This document shows positions 18,402-28,882 of a stretch of DNA of 61,824 nt, piece by piece. The notes under the pieces were generated by a model. The model worked only from the letters and a program-made list of their open reading frames with translations. It did not search any database and was not told where the DNA came from. This DNA comes from Acidobacteriota bacterium. Lineage in GTDB: Bacteria > Acidobacteriota > JAQAZP01. Every line of letters begins with the position of its first letter. Position 1 is the stretch's first letter. The translations under genes and the position numbers were made by a program. The stretch lies in the NCBI GenBank assembly GCA_032127265.1, contig JAQAZP010000049.1, positions 1 to 61,824 of the forward strand, given 5' to 3'.

Positions 18402-18685
18402 CTGCTCTCCCACCCCTGCCCTGCTCCGCGGCGGAGCCCTGGAAACGATCAGAGAGTATACCTCAACACCGTCTCCCTCTGTCATTTCCGGCAGATGATG
18501 CTCCCTCGACTTCGCTGAAAATGGGAGGACCCATTTTCTCTTATGCTCCGCTGAGGGAACATCATCTGCCGGCTTTGGCAGTTGCAGACCAGCTGATTCC
18601 CGTCCAGTTTGAATCACGGACTTCGTGAGGACCGGATGGCCGATCCTGGTTCACTCGCGCGTCAAATAGTCTATAATTGGCCGCC

Positions 18686-19871
18686 ATGACCGACCACCAT
18701 GCCAATCTGAATCGCAAGGAAACCGGCAAACAGCAGACTGTCCGGGCGGTGGTGGTGGGCGCCGGCCCGGCAGGAGCCCGGGCGGCTTTCCGGCTGGCCG
18801 AGGCCGGCTGGCCGGTGGTGCTGCTCGATCACCGCTACCCCTGGGAGAAACCGTGCGGCGGCGGCCTCAACCAGCGGGCACTGGCGCTGATGCGTCAGAC
18901 GCTGCCCGCAGTCCCCCACGCACCGGCCGGCCGGAGTCTGTACCTGGCCTCCGCGAGGGGCACCCGGTTGCGGATGGACCTGGATACCTCCTTTGCGGTC
19001 ATGCCCCGGATACATATGCAGCGGCTGATGGTGGAGCGGGCCATGGAGGCCGGCGTGACACTGGTCACCAGCAAGTTCAGCGGCGCCCGCCGTGCGGAGG
19101 TCCGCGGTTCCTGGGTGGTGGAGACCCGCGATGGAAGCCGGTTCGAAGCGCAGCAGTTGATTGGCGCCGACGGCGCTCTGAGCGCGGTCCGTCAGGCGGT
19201 GGCCGGGCCCGATGCCTGGCGCGACGTGCGGCCGGCCCTGGGCATGGTCCATGTCTTCTCCGGCCCGCCCCCCCGGGCAGACGGCCTGCACCTGGTCTTC
19301 ACCGACGATCCGCCCGGGTATATCTGGGAGTTTCCCGGCGATGGGTTCTCCACCGTAGGGATCTCGCTGCCCTTTGACCCGCACGGCGCGGCACAGGCCA
19401 GGGAACTCCTCCGCACGCACCTGGAACGGAGAGGCTGGGCCGGCCGGCCGCCGTTGCGCGGAGCCATGGCGCCCTCGGCCAGTGCGGCCCACTGGCAGCG
19501 GGGGATGGTCCAGGGCGACGGATGGGCCCTGCTGGGTGATGCCGCCGGACTGGTGGACCCGCTGACCGGGGAAGGTATCTACTATGCCCTCCGCTCGGCC
19601 GACCTGCTGGCCGAGGCCCTGCTGGCCGGTGAACCTGAGCGATACACGGAGGCGGTGCGTGGAGAACTGGGTCCGGAACTGGCCCTGGCCGCCAGATACG
19701 TCAAGAGCTTTTTCCGGGGCGGCTTTCCGGAGCAGATGCTGGCCCTGGCCGGCAGACACCAGGGAATTCGCACCGTTCTGGGCAACCTGGTGTCCGGACG
19801 GCAATCCTACCTGGGCCTGAAGAGGGTCTTGTTCCGCAGCTGCATTCCCGCGGCCCTGCGCTACCTGCTGC

Positions 19872-19894
<23 letters not shown>
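18686..19894 (+). CDS. Geranylgeranyl reductase-family FAD-dependent oxidoreductase
   Basis: VVGAGPAG, EKPCGGG, IGADG and LLGDAAGLVDPLTGEGIYYA motifs. Confidence 0.88.
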
Positions 19895-21236
<1,342 letters not shown>

Positions 21237-21282
21237 ATACAAACTCTCCTCAACGGTCTGGCTTGGCCCGGGGACTCCGGGG

Positions 21283-21978
21283 TCATTTGCTACCGGTCCC
21301 TTTGGTGGCCAGGACCTGGCGGTCGCCGTTTTTCATCGTCACCACCCTGACCATGCGAAAATCAGCAAGCAGGTTCTCTATCTCGCGATTTTCATACAAT
21401 TTGACCAGGCGGTCGGCGGTGATTTTCTTTTTGATGTATCGCTCGGTGGTCAGGATAGCGGTCCGACTATCGGTTTCCGGTATATTCCGCAGGTGGGCAA
21501 AGGTGGTAGCCAGGACCCCTCCCGCCTTGAGCACCCGCCCGATCCAGGCCACCAGCAGCTGGCCGTCATACGGAGTGAAATGGTTGAACAGATAACGGCC
21601 GTATACCCCGTCGAACTGCTCCTCGCCGTAGGGCAGCTTTGCCAGGTCATCCCACCCGCGCCCGGCAGCTTGCCGCTCCCGGGCGGTGAGGAAAACCCGT
21701 TTCTCCTGGTAGGGGGTCACCAGGTCTTCCGCCGAAACCTTGAAACCCTGCTCGGCGAAATAGAGCATCCGCTGTTTCCCGGTGTGGATAAAATCAAGGA
21801 CCACGGGATGGAGCCTCTTCTTCATCTGCATCTCGAAGTCACGGATGAGAGCCGGGTCGAAGACAGGCACGGTACCGCCCCGGGAAGCGGCCCCGTTATC
21901 GGACGCCCCCGATTCGCTCGCAGCCTTGCGCCGCCGGCCACCGCCCAGACGCCAGAATCCCATGCTATTAGTCTCCAT
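21283..21978 (-). CDS. Class I SAM-dependent methyltransferase-like protein
   Basis: LPYGEEQFDGV, LFNHF and RVLKAGG motifs; the glycine-rich motif I is degenerate (VLDFIHTG). Confidence 0.6.
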   Translation of the reverse strand: METNSMGFWRLGGGRRRKAASESGASDNGAASRGGTVPVFDPALIRDFEMQMKKRLHPVVLDFIHTGKQRMLYFAEQGFKVSAEDLVTPYQEKRVFLTARERQAAGRGWDDLAKLPYGEEQFDGVYGRYLFNHFTPYDGQLLVAWIGRVLKAGGVLATTFAHLRNIPETDSRTAILTTERYIKKKITADRLVKLYENREIENLLADFRMVRVVTMKNGDRQVLATKGTGSK

Positions 21979-22109
21979 CTCCGCGGGCGGCCGGATCGCC
22001 GCTCCCGCACAGTTCCAGAAAACCGGTGTCGGTTCAATCCCGGGAAGCGAGGATAGTATCAGAATCGTCCAGGTAGTTCAAAAGTGGTCTGTTACCTGAA
22101 AAAAGATCA

Positions 22110-22138
22110 TTGCTTTTGACGGTCCTGCATGCTATATT
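22110..22138 (+). promoter_or_regulatory. Putative sigma70 promoter upstream of the hfq-like gene
   Basis: TTGCTT-17 nt-TATATT with a TGn extended -10, followed by an AT-rich start region. Confidence 0.55.
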
Positions 22139-22577
22139 TAAACACAAATACAAGATCCTGATACAACCATTTTAATACGATGTGAGCGGATCCAATCGTC
22201 CCCGAACGAGCTGCGATGCGTTTACTGTGGTTGAAAGCAACTGACGCTCACTCACAACTGACTGAAAAGTAAACGTTTCGAACTTTCCTCGCGTAACCGG
22301 TGTACCTGCGGCGAGAATAGTCCAAAGTAATGATCATCTGCCGCCGTTTATTCGTCGAAAAGACAAGTATACGCGGCAGAAACGAACCCAGACCGGATTC
22401 ATAAACAGCACCGCCGGGGTTGAACGTATCGTGCGTCCGGTGGAGGCGGCAGACGGGTGGCACAGCCGTATTGCCGCTGATCGCCGGAAACGGCGTCGAA
22501 AATCTTAACCTCGCGCCCGGGTTCAAAGCTGTCAACCGACAGCACGGCATGGCGCACCGAGGGAAGGGGTAATAAGA

Positions 22578-22925
22578 ATGAAACAGAATGACGTGGTTGC
22601 GAACAGGAAACTGATCCGACCGAATCTGGCCGAGTTAAAAGACTCGATCACCACGATCAACAGGATCAAGCGGCGCAAGCAGGTACCGCCAGAGCAGACA
22701 AACGCCGAAAATTACTACTACATCAAGCAGATGACCGGCAAAACCTCGATGGTGGTTGTGCTCGAGGATGGTGAAACGCTTCGCGGCAGCATCGAGTGGT
22801 ACGACAAGAATTGCATCAAGCTCAACCGTGACCCTGATCCGAACCTGATGATCATGAAGCGCCACATCAAGTATATGTTCAAGAACGAAGAGGCCGAACA
22901 GGGAGTGGAGCCGATTCACGGATGA
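22578..22925 (+). CDS. hfq: Hfq/Sm-like RNA chaperone (acidobacterial type)
   Basis: RKLIRP..PPEQTNAENYYY.KQM..VVVLEDGE.LRGSIEWYD..NLMIMKRHIKY, an Sm1/Sm2 pattern. Confidence 0.75.
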   Translation: MKQNDVVANRKLIRPNLAELKDSITTINRIKRRKQVPPEQTNAENYYYIKQMTGKTSMVVVLEDGETLRGSIEWYDKNCIKLNRDPDPNLMIMKRHIKYMFKNEEAEQGVEPIHG

Positions 22926-23016
22926 TCAAGGGCTCTCCGGTGAATACCGGATAGATGGACACTCCGCCACGCATACCTCCGATTGATGACTCCGTCCGTA
23001 GCCCCGGTCGCCCGCC

Positions 23017-24093
23017 TCACGCCGACTGCAGGTCCGTGCCGAAAATCCCCGTCAGGTTGATCAGCATCATTTCGCAGACCAGCCGGCGGTTGAGATTGCG
23101 CTCCAACCCTTTTTTCACTTCCGCGGCCAGTTGGTAGGCTCGTCCAGGATCCACCGGGACCAGTTGCCCGGCCAGTTCCCGCAGCTCGTCTCCAAGATCA
23201 GGATTGGAAAGCAGCTCCTGCGGGGAGCCTGACTGCACGAGAATCAGGTCCCGGAGCAGCGAGCCGAGCAGCTCCGGTATCCCCCGGCCCACCAGTTCCC
23301 ACTGTTTCACCGAGCCGGAGATGGCCGCGGCCATCTCCATCAGCGACTGCCTGGCGCCCCAGCCAGGCCGGGCCGCTGTCTGCGCCATTTCAAGGGCCAG
23401 TGCACGCTGCTCGCGCCAGGTCTCGAGATCCAGGTCGAGGGCCCGTCCCAGGCTGCCCCTGGATATCCCGGAGAGCAGCCGGGCCTCCACGGGCGACACG
23501 TCGAAACGGTCCCGCAGAACCTCCTCCAGTTCCTCCCGGCTGAAACGGCGGAAGCGGACCGACTGGCAGCGTGAGCGGATGGTGGACATCAGTTCATTGG
23601 GCTGGCTGGTCACCAGAATGATCAGACAAGCGGGCGGCGGCTCCTCAAGGGTCTTGAGCAGGCTGTGCCGGGCTTCGCGCTGGATGAGCTCCGGACGGTC
23701 GATGATAAAGGTATTGCCCACGGCCTCCTGGGGGCAAAGGTGGGCCTGGTGGTTCAGCCAGCGGATGGTTCCCCAATCGGGGTTATGCCGTTCCCCGATC
23801 TTGATCACCCCGGGGTCCTTACCTTCGGGCTCGAGGTAGTAGAGGTCGGGGTGGTGCTGCCGGTCCCGGGCTTCGTACTGGCGGGCCATGCGCGAGCAGG
23901 AGGGGCAGCCGCCGCCGCAGTCCCCGGCTCCGTCCAGTCTTTGGGGGCAGGTGCGATACATGGCCAGACGCAGGGCCATCCGCCGCTTCCCCACCCCTTC
24001 GGGACCGTGAAACAGCAGGGCGTGGTGCAGCCGGTCCGCATCAGCGGCACGGAGCAGGATCTCCTGGATCTCCCTGTTGCCCAGCACGTCCAT
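23017..24093 (-). CDS. holB: DNA polymerase III subunit delta'
   Basis: HALLFHGPEGVGK, Zn-module Cys residues, HPD, LLKTLEEPP and TIRSRC. Confidence 0.92.
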   Translation of the reverse strand: MDVLGNREIQEILLRAADADRLHHALLFHGPEGVGKRRMALRLAMYRTCPQRLDGAGDCGGGCPSCSRMARQYEARDRQHHPDLYYLEPEGKDPGVIKIGERHNPDWGTIRWLNHQAHLCPQEAVGNTFIIDRPELIQREARHSLLKTLEEPPPACLIILVTSQPNELMSTIRSRCQSVRFRRFSREELEEVLRDRFDVSPVEARLLSGISRGSLGRALDLDLETWREQRALALEMAQTAARPGWGARQSLMEMAAAISGSVKQWELVGRGIPELLGSLLRDLILVQSGSPQELLSNPDLGDELRELAGQLVPVDPGRAYQLAAEVKKGLERNLNRRLVCEMMLINLTGIFGTDLQSA

Positions 24094-24105
24094 GGTGCGC
24101 TCCGT

Positions 24106-24807
24106 CTAGCGGCCGAAATTGAAGCCGATCCCGCCGCTCAGCGCGTATTGATCAAAAAGGTGGGCCTCGGCCATGAGATAGATACGTTCGCTGATCCCGT
24201 AATCCACCCCGGCCACGAAGCCGAAGGGATCGTCGGAGTCCATGCCGGGCACCTTGCGGTCACCGGAGAGGTCGACGCCGGAGAAGCGTAGGCCCCCATA
24301 CAGCAAGAAATCTTCCACGCCCTTGGTGGCGATCACCGAACCGCCGTAGCCGTTGGCGCTGAGGTCGGTTGACCCCTCGCTGCTCTGCAGCCGGTCATAA
24401 GCCGCCGAAAGGACAATGTTCACCGAGGGGTCGCTCTGCGCGCGGAAGAGGGCGACCATCAGCCCGGCGCCGAAGGAGGGTTCCAGAGCCCCACTGAACC
24501 CCAGGTTGTCCAGCCGCAGGTCGGACATGCCCAGTCGCCCGAAGACCGCAAACCGGGACGTGATGCCGTAGGTTCCCTTGAGAGCCATGGAGTATGAGCT
24601 GAGATCATCCTTCTCACCCTTGTACTCCATGTCCCGGTTGAGGTAGCCCATCTCGAGGGAGAGAGTAAACTCCCGCCCCATGGGGTTGAGTACCGGATTG
24701 CCGCAGCTGCCGGCAGAGACGCTCACCGTCCCACCAGCCAGCAGGGCCGCGATACACAGGATCCGGAACGCCCACCCGGCGATTCCCTGCCGCCAGAATC
24801 GATTCAT
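24106..24807 (-). CDS. Outer membrane beta-barrel protein
   Basis: Signal peptide, alternating amphipathic strands, and C-terminal GIGFNF. GAGG RBS before MNRFW. Confidence 0.7.
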   Translation of the reverse strand: MNRFWRQGIAGWAFRILCIAALLAGGTVSVSAGSCGNPVLNPMGREFTLSLEMGYLNRDMEYKGEKDDLSSYSMALKGTYGITSRFAVFGRLGMSDLRLDNLGFSGALEPSFGAGLMVALFRAQSDPSVNIVLSAAYDRLQSSEGSTDLSANGYGGSVIATKGVEDFLLYGGLRFSGVDLSGDRKVPGMDSDDPFGFVAGVDYGISERIYLMAEAHLFDQYALSGGIGFNFGR

Positions 24808-24845
24808 CGTCGCCTCCTCTTCTGTCATACCCCTCGGTCGGTGTC

Positions 24846-25835
24846 TCACCGGGGAACCGGAAAACGCGGCGGCTCCCCGGCCAGAACGGCAGTCATATCG
24901 TCCATGGCCATCATCCCCATTTTCACCCGGGTGGCCGTGCTGGCGCTGCCGATGTGCGGCAGCAGCACCACGTTGTCACGGTCCAGGAGACCGGGATGGA
25001 TGGCCGGCTCCTCTTCGTAGACATCCAGACCCGCGCCGGCCAGCCGTCCCTGTTCCAGCGCCTCCACCAGCGCCCCCTCGTCCACCACCGGCCCCCGGGA
25101 GGTGTTCACCAGGTAAGCGCCGTCCTTCATCGAGGCAAAAGCCTCCCGGGAGAAGAGGTGCCTCGTCTCCCCGGTCAACGGGAGGTGCACGGAAACCAGG
25201 TCGGAATTCACCAGCAGCTGGTGCAGCGGCACCCGGGTAGTGCCGGTTCGTTCTTCCTCACCCGCCGGCAGCGGTTCGCGGTCGGCATAAACCAGCCGCA
25301 CGCCAAACCCGGCCAGCCGCTCGGCCACCGCCCGGCCGATCCTCCCCATACCCACCAGCCCCACCTGCATTCCCCGCAGGTCCGCTCCGAGAAACAGGGT
25401 CGGCCCCCAGCAGCGGTACAGGCCCCGGCGGGTGTAGCGGTCAGCCTCCACCAGGCGCCGGGTGACGGCCAGGATCAGGCCCACGGTCAGCTCGGCTGTG
25501 GTATCGGTGAGCACACCGGGTGTGTGGGTCACCTCAATCCCCCGGGAACGGGCATACGCCACGTCCACGTTGTCGTAGCCCACCGCCACGTTGGCGATGC
25601 ACCTGAGCCGGGGAGCGGCATCGATCAGCTGCCGGTCGATACTCTCGGTGAGCAGGGAAACGATCCCCTCGGCGTCAGCCATACGATCCAGAAGCGTTCC
25701 GCGGTCGGGGAGACCTTCGGGGGGATCGGCTTCGAGCAGGTGAAACCGCCGGGCGGCGGTTTCCATCACCGGTGCCGGCAATCGACGGGTGATCAGCACC
25801 CGGGGAGAATGGCCGGTCCCCGACCCGCTGTTCAC
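24846..25835 (-). CDS. D-2-hydroxyacid dehydrogenase (glyoxylate reductase / D-glycerate dehydrogenase)
   Basis: VGYDNVD, TPGVLT, GMGRIG, NTSRG, LDVYEEEP and LPHIGSA. Confidence 0.93.
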   Translation of the reverse strand: MNSGSGTGHSPRVLITRRLPAPVMETAARRFHLLEADPPEGLPDRGTLLDRMADAEGIVSLLTESIDRQLIDAAPRLRCIANVAVGYDNVDVAYARSRGIEVTHTPGVLTDTTAELTVGLILAVTRRLVEADRYTRRGLYRCWGPTLFLGADLRGMQVGLVGMGRIGRAVAERLAGFGVRLVYADREPLPAGEEERTGTTRVPLHQLLVNSDLVSVHLPLTGETRHLFSREAFASMKDGAYLVNTSRGPVVDEGALVEALEQGRLAGAGLDVYEEEPAIHPGLLDRDNVVLLPHIGSASTATRVKMGMMAMDDMTAVLAGEPPRFPVPR

Positions 25836-26128
25836 GACCGGCCCTCCGCGGAACCGTCTGCCCGGGTTTCGCGCCGGCTGAATTCGTCACGGCATCCGGG
25901 GGAGCAGAAATAGTGCTCCACACCCCCCTGGACCAGCACATCCGACCCCTCGCGGGGCACGAAGGTGCCGCACACCGGGTCGCGAACCATCTCACCCTTG
26001 TGGATCACCTCCCGGTCTGCGCCCCGCACGGCGTCTCTCCCCCGGCCCGGCAGCAGCAGCCGGCGCACGGTCCGGTAGACCATCAGCACCGCGAGAAAGA
26101 TCAGCAGAAACCGGAACAGCATCCCCAC
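25832..26128 (-). CDS. Small membrane-anchored YHS/TRASH-domain protein
   Basis: N-terminal TM segment, then MVRDPVCGTFV...HYFCSPGC. Confidence 0.85.
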   Translation of the reverse strand: MGMLFRFLLIFLAVLMVYRTVRRLLLPGRGRDAVRGADREVIHKGEMVRDPVCGTFVPREGSDVLVQGGVEHYFCSPGCRDEFSRRETRADGSAEGRS

Positions 26129-26141
26129 TTTGATTCACCCG

Positions 26142-27623
26142 TCAATACGCTTTGTCGAATATCACCCTGCAGGGTGAGGGCTTGCCGCAAACGATACAGG
26201 CCCCCTCGCCCCGGGAGAGCGGCTCCAAGGGGATGCAGCGGATACTGGCCTTGGTCTCGTTCTGGACCTTCTCCTCGCACTCAGCCGATCCACACCAGTG
26301 GGCGTGGACGAACCCGCACATCTCTTCCATGATCCGGCGAAGCTCTTCGTACTCGTCCACCAGATGGGTGTTCTCCTCACGGAAGGCCAGGGCCTTGTTG
26401 AAGATCCCGGTCTGGATCTCCTCCAGCAACAGGGGAACACGGGTCACGAGATCGCCGTCGGCAACGGGCTGTTTCTCCCCGCTGTCCCGCCGGGCGGCAA
26501 AGACCTGTCCCGCCTCGAGGTCCCGGGGCCCCAGTTCCAGCCGCAGTGGAATACCCTTCAACTCCCAGTGACTGAACTTGTAGCCCGGCTTGTATTGCTC
26601 GCGCAGGTCCACTTCAACGCGGACACCGGCCTCCCCCAGCGCCCGGCCCAGGGTATCGGCCTTTTCCGCCACCAGGGCACGCTCGTCGTCACCCCGCCAG
26701 ATGGGGACGATGACCACCTGCACCGGCGCCAGGCGCGGCGGCAGGACCAGCCCGCTGTCGTCGCCGTGGGCCATCACCATCGCCCCGATCAGCCGGGTGC
26801 TGACCCCCCAGCTGGTCTGCCAGACGTGGGCCATTTTCCCTTCCCTGTCCTGGAATTTTACGTCAAAAGCCTTGGCAAAGTTCTGTCCCAGGTCGTGGGA
26901 GGTGCCGGCCTGCAGGGCCCGCCGGTCCTGCATCATCGCTTCCACACAGCAGGTGGACAGCGCCCCGGCGAACTTCTCCTTGTCGGTCTTGGTTCCCTTG
27001 ATCACCGGCAGCGCCATGTAGTCCTCGGCAAACCGGGCGTAGACCTCGAGCATATCCAGCACATGCGTCCCGGACTCCTCGTGGGTCTCGTGGGCCGTGT
27101 GTCCCTCCTGCCAGAGGAACTCCGTGGTGCGCAGGAAAAGCCTGGTCCGCATCTCCCAGCGCACGATGTTGGCCCACTGGTTGAGCTTCAGCGGCAGGTC
27201 GCGGTAGGACATGATCCACTTGGAGAACATGGCGTAGATGATGGTCTCGGAGGTGGGCCGGACCACCAGCGGCTCTTCCAGCTTTTTACCTCCGCCGTGG
27301 GTCACCACCGCGCACTCGGGAGCGAACCCTTCCACGTGCTCGGCTTCCTTCTTCAGAAAGCTCTCCGGGATGAAAAGGGGGAAGTAGGCGTTGCGGTGGC
27401 CGGTCTCGCGGAACTTGACGTCCAGCACATTGCGCATCTGCTCCCACAGGCCGTAGCCGTCGGGCCTGATCACCATGCAGCCCTTGATCGGTGAGTAGTC
27501 GGCCAACTCGGACTGCAGCACCACGTCGGTATACCAGCGGGAGTAATCCTCGTCCCGCGGTGTGATCAGTTTGCTCTTTTTTTTGGCGGATTCACCGCCA
27601 CCCTGTCCCTTTGCTGCCGTCAT
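26142..27623 (-). CDS. proS: Proline--tRNA ligase (archaeal/eukaryote-like family)
   Basis: EAEHVEGFAPE, RPTSET, RWEMRTRLFLRTTEFLWQEGHT, QAGTSH, and a C-terminal Zn site ending KAY. AGGAGG RBS before MTAAKG. Confidence 0.96.
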   Translation of the reverse strand: MTAAKGQGGGESAKKKSKLITPRDEDYSRWYTDVVLQSELADYSPIKGCMVIRPDGYGLWEQMRNVLDVKFRETGHRNAYFPLFIPESFLKKEAEHVEGFAPECAVVTHGGGKKLEEPLVVRPTSETIIYAMFSKWIMSYRDLPLKLNQWANIVRWEMRTRLFLRTTEFLWQEGHTAHETHEESGTHVLDMLEVYARFAEDYMALPVIKGTKTDKEKFAGALSTCCVEAMMQDRRALQAGTSHDLGQNFAKAFDVKFQDREGKMAHVWQTSWGVSTRLIGAMVMAHGDDSGLVLPPRLAPVQVVIVPIWRGDDERALVAEKADTLGRALGEAGVRVEVDLREQYKPGYKFSHWELKGIPLRLELGPRDLEAGQVFAARRDSGEKQPVADGDLVTRVPLLLEEIQTGIFNKALAFREENTHLVDEYEELRRIMEEMCGFVHAHWCGSAECEEKVQNETKASIRCIPLEPLSRGEGACIVCGKPSPCRVIFDKAY

Positions 27624-27705
27624 CTGTCCACCCACCTCCTGACCCGAAATACGGTCGTCCAGCCCCTCTTCGGAGCCTCCATCCTGGTCAACGGGAAAGC
27701 GGCAC

Positions 27706-27734
27706 ACCGTACTACGTGCCGAGGTTCGCGTCAA
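27706..27734 (-). promoter_or_regulatory. Putative sigma70 promoter of proS
   Basis: Minus strand TTGACG-17 nt-TACGGT. Confidence 0.45.
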
Positions 27735-27942
27735 GGAAACACAGGCGCCGCAGCGGCCCGCGGAACCGATGAAGATGGCCACTAGACGTCCGCTCGCGGC
27801 TCTGCGTAGAAGGGATCGAGATGACGGGCAGGGCCAAGGGGCCGGGCCCGTTGAGGTCATCGAAACCGGCGCCCGGGACAGGCGCCGCGAAGAAGTCTAG
27901 CCAGGATACCCTTGCTTATCGTGGGAAACGGGAACAACCTTG

Positions 27943-27980
27943 GGCCCGGGATGCCAGGCGGCAACCCGGGCCGATTTTTT
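27943..27980 (+). terminator. Terminator-like hairpin with its U-tract on the plus strand
   Basis: GGCCCGGG-ATGCC/GGCAA-CCCGGGCC stem followed by GATTTTTT. Confidence 0.55.
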
Positions 27981-27998
27981 CCGCCATGGCCGGACGGA

Positions 27999-28616
27999 TC
28001 AGAGACCGGTCACCGTGGCGCTGCCGCCGAACCACTGCACACCGCCCACGGCGTTGAGGTCGGGGTCGAGCAGGGTGCTGTTCTCGAATCCCATGCTGCT
28101 GCCGCCGTTGCTCACACCGTTGAAGGTCAGGGTCAGGGCCACCCCGGTGCCGCTGACCCCGCTCACATCGCCGAGACGGGCCACACCCACGATCAGCCGG
28201 CCCGCCGGGTTCTCGTCCACCAGTATGCTGACCGCCTCTCCGTCCTGGTTGAAGAACGTGCCCTCGGAGAACAGTACGTAGCTGAGCGAATTGGGGTTGA
28301 AAGTCAGGTCAAAAGCCATGGAGGAGACGTTGTCCACCGAGGTGAGCCGGATATCGAGATCCAGCCGGTTCCCCGAGGTGGCGTTGAGCTGCAGGCTCAC
28401 CGTGTTGGCACCCGGATTGCCGTTGGCCGGAGTGAAGGAGATCTCGGGGTCCGTCGCCGGAGGTGGCGGCGGGTCGGTGGGACTGTTGCTACCGCTGCAA
28501 CCGGAATGCCCGAACATCACCAGGGGCAGCAGAAGGACGATGATCAGCCGCATCAGCGCGACACGGCCGGAACAGCTTTTGCCAGCCCCGCCGCTGGCTG
28601 GTATCCTGACATGCAT
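27999..28616 (-). CDS. Cohesin-like domain lipoprotein
   Basis: Hydrophobic stretch plus SGC lipobox, Pro-rich linker, and a cohesin-like AFDLTFNP..L..EGTFF..LIVG..GVSGTG..LTF pattern. The start may be 28553. Confidence 0.7.
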   Translation of the reverse strand: MHVRIPASGGAGKSCSGRVALMRLIIVLLLPLVMFGHSGCSGSNSPTDPPPPPATDPEISFTPANGNPGANTVSLQLNATSGNRLDLDIRLTSVDNVSSMAFDLTFNPNSLSYVLFSEGTFFNQDGEAVSILVDENPAGRLIVGVARLGDVSGVSGTGVALTLTFNGVSNGGSSMGFENSTLLDPDLNAVGGVQWFGGSATVTGL

Positions 28617-28882
28617 CTGAGGAACACCTCCGTGAATCCGGTCCGCTGGTCTCCGGAGTATTGCCCTTCGACCCCCGTGGTCGCAGGACAGGCCCAGACC
28701 GGAAACAGATATATTTTCGTCGAACGAACGTACGCTACCATATCGCATACGTGCCGTAAACCCTGCCGGCCCCGCCAGGCTGACCGTCGGTCAGCCCGGC
28801 CCCCGGCACCGATAGTAAGTATACCCGATTCGTTGCCGTATCGCCCGCCTCCCGGCGGCGCGATCCGGCCCGAGGAGTCAGC

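Noticed and set aside
22145-22577. tmRNA, RNase P RNA, SRP RNA or group I intron
   Set aside because: Their hallmark sequences (tRNA-like ends, GAGGAAAGUCC, the SRP GGAA loop motif, a full P/Q/R/S set) were not found; only a weak AATAGTCC resemblance.
27624-27998. T-box riboswitch upstream of proS
   Set aside because: No T-box consensus or terminator/antiterminator on the minus strand, and a candidate promoter lies only about 80 nt from the start.
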